NCBI GenBank assembly: GCA_011364905.1
Contig: RDNZ01000038.1
Span: 1 to 28,985 of the forward strand
DNA from: Candidatus Thorarchaeota archaeon
GTDB lineage: Archaea > Asgardarchaeota > Thorarchaeia > Thorarchaeales > Thorarchaeaceae
Direction: 5' to 3'
Length of the DNA stretch: 28,985 bases
Position numbers and translations under genes: made by a program. A model generated the notes under the pieces. It saw only the letters and a list, made by a program, of their open reading frames with translations. It searched no databases and was not told the DNA's origin. This document shows, piece by piece, positions 26,714 to 28,985 of this stretch; the stretch's first letter is position 1, and every line of letters starts with the position of its first letter.

Positions 26714-27895
26714 ATGGACAAATGGGAAGAGCAGTTTCTCCGGGAGATAGTTGAGCTGGACACGAATAGTGATGAGAAGAAAAACTACGCTGTCTGCGCT
26801 GAGGTAATCAAGAAATACTGCCAAGAGGCTGGACTTGAGGTAGAGGTCTTTGATTCGATGCACGACGGGACACCTCAGCCTAATGTAGTGGCAACTCTTG
26901 ATACTGGCGCAAAGAAAACAGTCTTACTCTGCACCCACTATGATGTTGTACCTGCTGGGGAGACAGATGAATGGAAGAGGCCTCCATTTGAGCTCATAAT
27001 AGAGAAGGGGAAAGCCTTCGGTCGTGGCGTGAGCGATAACAAGGGAAACATTGTGGCTGCTGTCAGTTCTGCAAAGGAGCTCATCAAGAAAGGTACGTCC
27101 AAGGTCAACTATAAAATCCTGATAAGTCCCAACGAAGAGGTGGGAGGCACGTGGGGCATTGACTATCTGATGAATGGTCCTCCAAAGATCCGAGGCGATT
27201 TTGGAATTGTCGTCGACTCAGGTCCAGAATACGTCAGTATAGGTGCAAGCGGAGTTATTGCAGGTACGATGACGGTACGAGGGCTTCAGGGGCATGCTGG
27301 CTATCCCTTCAAGTTTGCAAATGCCATCCATCTTTCAATTCCGCTCCTGCAGGTGATGGTTGATTATGAAGATGTCAGACGAAAGGTTGAGTCCAAGTTT
27401 CCAGCTCCACCAGGCAGTCCTCATCGGACGCTCTGGGGTCGATTCTCGATGACCGTCTATAATGCAGGGAGCAAGACCAACACAATCCCAGGAAAGGCTG
27501 AGATATCATTCGACTGCAGAACCATTCCTGAAGAGGACGTAGAGGATGTTGCCAAGAACATTGAAGACTTCTTTAAAAAAGCAAAAGAGGAAACCTGTGT
27601 GGAGGCGTCTCTTGAGTTCAAGACGAAGCATGCTGGATGGGGCACTGACACAGAGAACAAGTATGTTCGATTGTTTCATGACACAGTCAAAGAGGTAGTG
27701 AATCCAGAGATACCTATATGTGGAGACTTGGGAGGAAACGATGGTCACTACTTCATCTCTCATGGGATACCCACAGTATGTTATGGCACTCTCAGAGACG
27801 ATAATAACTACCATGGATTGGATGAATTCATGCATCTTGAGGACTTCGAGAAGACAAAAAAGGTTCTCATCCGTTTTGCAGAGGTGTGCGATTAA
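26714..27895 (+). CDS. M20 family metallohydrolase (ArgE/DapE-like)
   Basis: THYDVVPAG, GRGVSDNKG, NEEVGG, GLQGHA, NTIPG, HGLDE. Confidence 0.92.
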   Translation: MDKWEEQFLREIVELDTNSDEKKNYAVCAEVIKKYCQEAGLEVEVFDSMHDGTPQPNVVATLDTGAKKTVLLCTHYDVVPAGETDEWKRPPFELIIEKGKAFGRGVSDNKGNIVAAVSSAKELIKKGTSKVNYKILISPNEEVGGTWGIDYLMNGPPKIRGDFGIVVDSGPEYVSIGASGVIAGTMTVRGLQGHAGYPFKFANAIHLSIPLLQVMVDYEDVRRKVESKFPAPPGSPHRTLWGRFSMTVYNAGSKTNTIPGKAEISFDCRTIPEEDVEDVAKNIEDFFKKAKEETCVEASLEFKTKHAGWGTDTENKYVRLFHDTVKEVVNPEIPICGDLGGNDGHYFISHGIPTVCYGTLRDDNNYHGLDEFMHLEDFEKTKKVLIRFAEVCD

Positions 27896-28985
27896 TGACT
27901 GATATACATGACCTAAAGATAGGCGCCCCAGGTCCTTTTCTACCTCCCTGGGACAATGCCTTGAAGAATGCCAAGACCATCGATTCCTTGGGATACGACA
28001 GCATGGCATTTCCAGACCATTTTGCTGGGTTCATCCCTGAACAAATCTGGACGCCTGACATCACTCCTCTAGCTGTCTTCCAGCAGTCCCCCCACACATA
28101 CTATGAACTGTCTGCAATCATGGGTGCTTGTGCAGCAGTGACTGAGAATGTGCAGTTGATCTCTTCAGTCACAGAACCAATTAGGCGTCATCCCATTCTC
28201 TTGGCTCAGACTTTCCTCACTCTTGACCATGTTAGCCGAGGAAGAGCTGTCCTTGGCATTGGAGCTGGAGAGATTGAGAATGTCGAACCCTATGGGTTAA
28301 ACTATTCCGGTCAGGTTGGAAAACTGCGTGAGGCTCTTGAGATTATCAAGATGGTCTGGAGCACACACGAGCCATTCAGTTATGATGGTCGCTATTGGAA
28401 ACTCAAGGACGCAGTCATGTCTTTGAGACCTGTGGAGGAAGGAAATCCCCCACCAATATGGATTGCAGCCATGGGTCCCAAGATGCTCAGAATCACAGCT
28501 GAATATGGCGATGGTTGGATTCCGACAAGCCTGAACCCCAGTAGCTATGGTGAAAGCCTTAGAGAGATTCAAAATCATCGGAAAAAGTTGGACAAGACAG
28601 GGCCCTTCACAGCTGCATTATGGAACTGGTGTATCTTGGACGAGGATCCAGCTGAATGTGACAGAATGTTGAACATTCCCCTTGCCAAGGCATTTGCCCT
28701 CCTCTATCCCGGTTCTGAATGGAAACGTCTCGGATACGACCATCCTTTCGGAGATAGTTTCCACTCACTGACTGATTATGTCCCTATGAGATATGACCGA
28801 AAAACAACACTGGATGCCATGGAAAAGGTACCACTGGAAGTCCTGCAAGATTTCTATATGGTCGGTGGTACGGAAGCTATGATCAAAAAACTGGAGGAGT
28901 TTGCTCGACAAGGTCTCGAGCATATCGTTATGTGGAATGCCTCAGGCATGATGGATTTAGAGAAAGTACGTTCGTCCTACAAGAT
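27895..28985 (+). CDS. LLM-class (luciferase-like, probably F420-dependent) oxidoreductase, runs off the window
   Basis: Not in the ORF track. ATG overlaps the upstream TAA; MTDIHDLKIG...GYDSMAFPDH...VTEPIRRHP..LAQ...TLDHVSRGRAVLGIGAGE..N..PYG...PPIWIAAMGPKML...YGDGW. Confidence 0.92.
   Translation, partial: MTDIHDLKIGAPGPFLPPWDNALKNAKTIDSLGYDSMAFPDHFAGFIPEQIWTPDITPLAVFQQSPHTYYELSAIMGACAAVTENVQLISSVTEPIRRHPILLAQTFLTLDHVSRGRAVLGIGAGEIENVEPYGLNYSGQVGKLREALEIIKMVWSTHEPFSYDGRYWKLKDAVMSLRPVEEGNPPPIWIAAMGPKMLRITAEYGDGWIPTSLNPSSYGESLREIQNHRKKLDKTGPFTAALWNWCILDEDPAECDRMLNIPLAKAFALLYPGSEWKRLGYDHPFGDSFHSLTDYVPMRYDRKTTLDAMEKVPLEVLQDFYMVGGTEAMIKKLEEFARQGLEHIVMWNASGMMDLEKVRSSYK

Overview
This is a gene-dense chromosomal segment of an Asgard archaeon, most likely Thorarchaeia (inferred from a eukaryote-like actin, a two-domain gelsolin, a Rab-like GTPase without a prenylation tail and a longin-domain protein, set among archaeal-type promoters and genes). 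Left part: a partial FG-GAP propeller resembling ITFG2/BBS2, a small protein with a PriL-CTD-like Cys pattern, a SAMHD1-like HD phosphohydrolase, and a two-gene unit (wHTH-CARF regulator plus a dsRBD-less RNase III) transcribed divergently from actin, with three similar 16-bp boxes in the shared intergenic region. The last 24 nt of actin plus its hairpin terminator (76 bp) are duplicated exactly 654 bp downstream, bracketing one AT-rich membrane-protein gene, and about 7 kb of accessory genes follow (DinB, DUF998, GNATs, APH-like kinase). Middle and right: Zn-ribbon/Pro-rich/coiled-coil protein, an NPRL2-like longin-wHTH protein next to a Rab-like GTPase, GyrI-like protein, PAS histidine kinase, NYN-LOTUS RNase, 4Fe-4S protein, a DNA methyltransferase translationally coupled to a catalytically degenerate MCM-like protein, gelsolin, Fpg, an M20 hydrolase and a partial LLM oxidoreductase. 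No rRNA, tRNA, CRISPR array, transposase or integrase was seen. All family assignments come from recognising motifs by eye, not from database searches.
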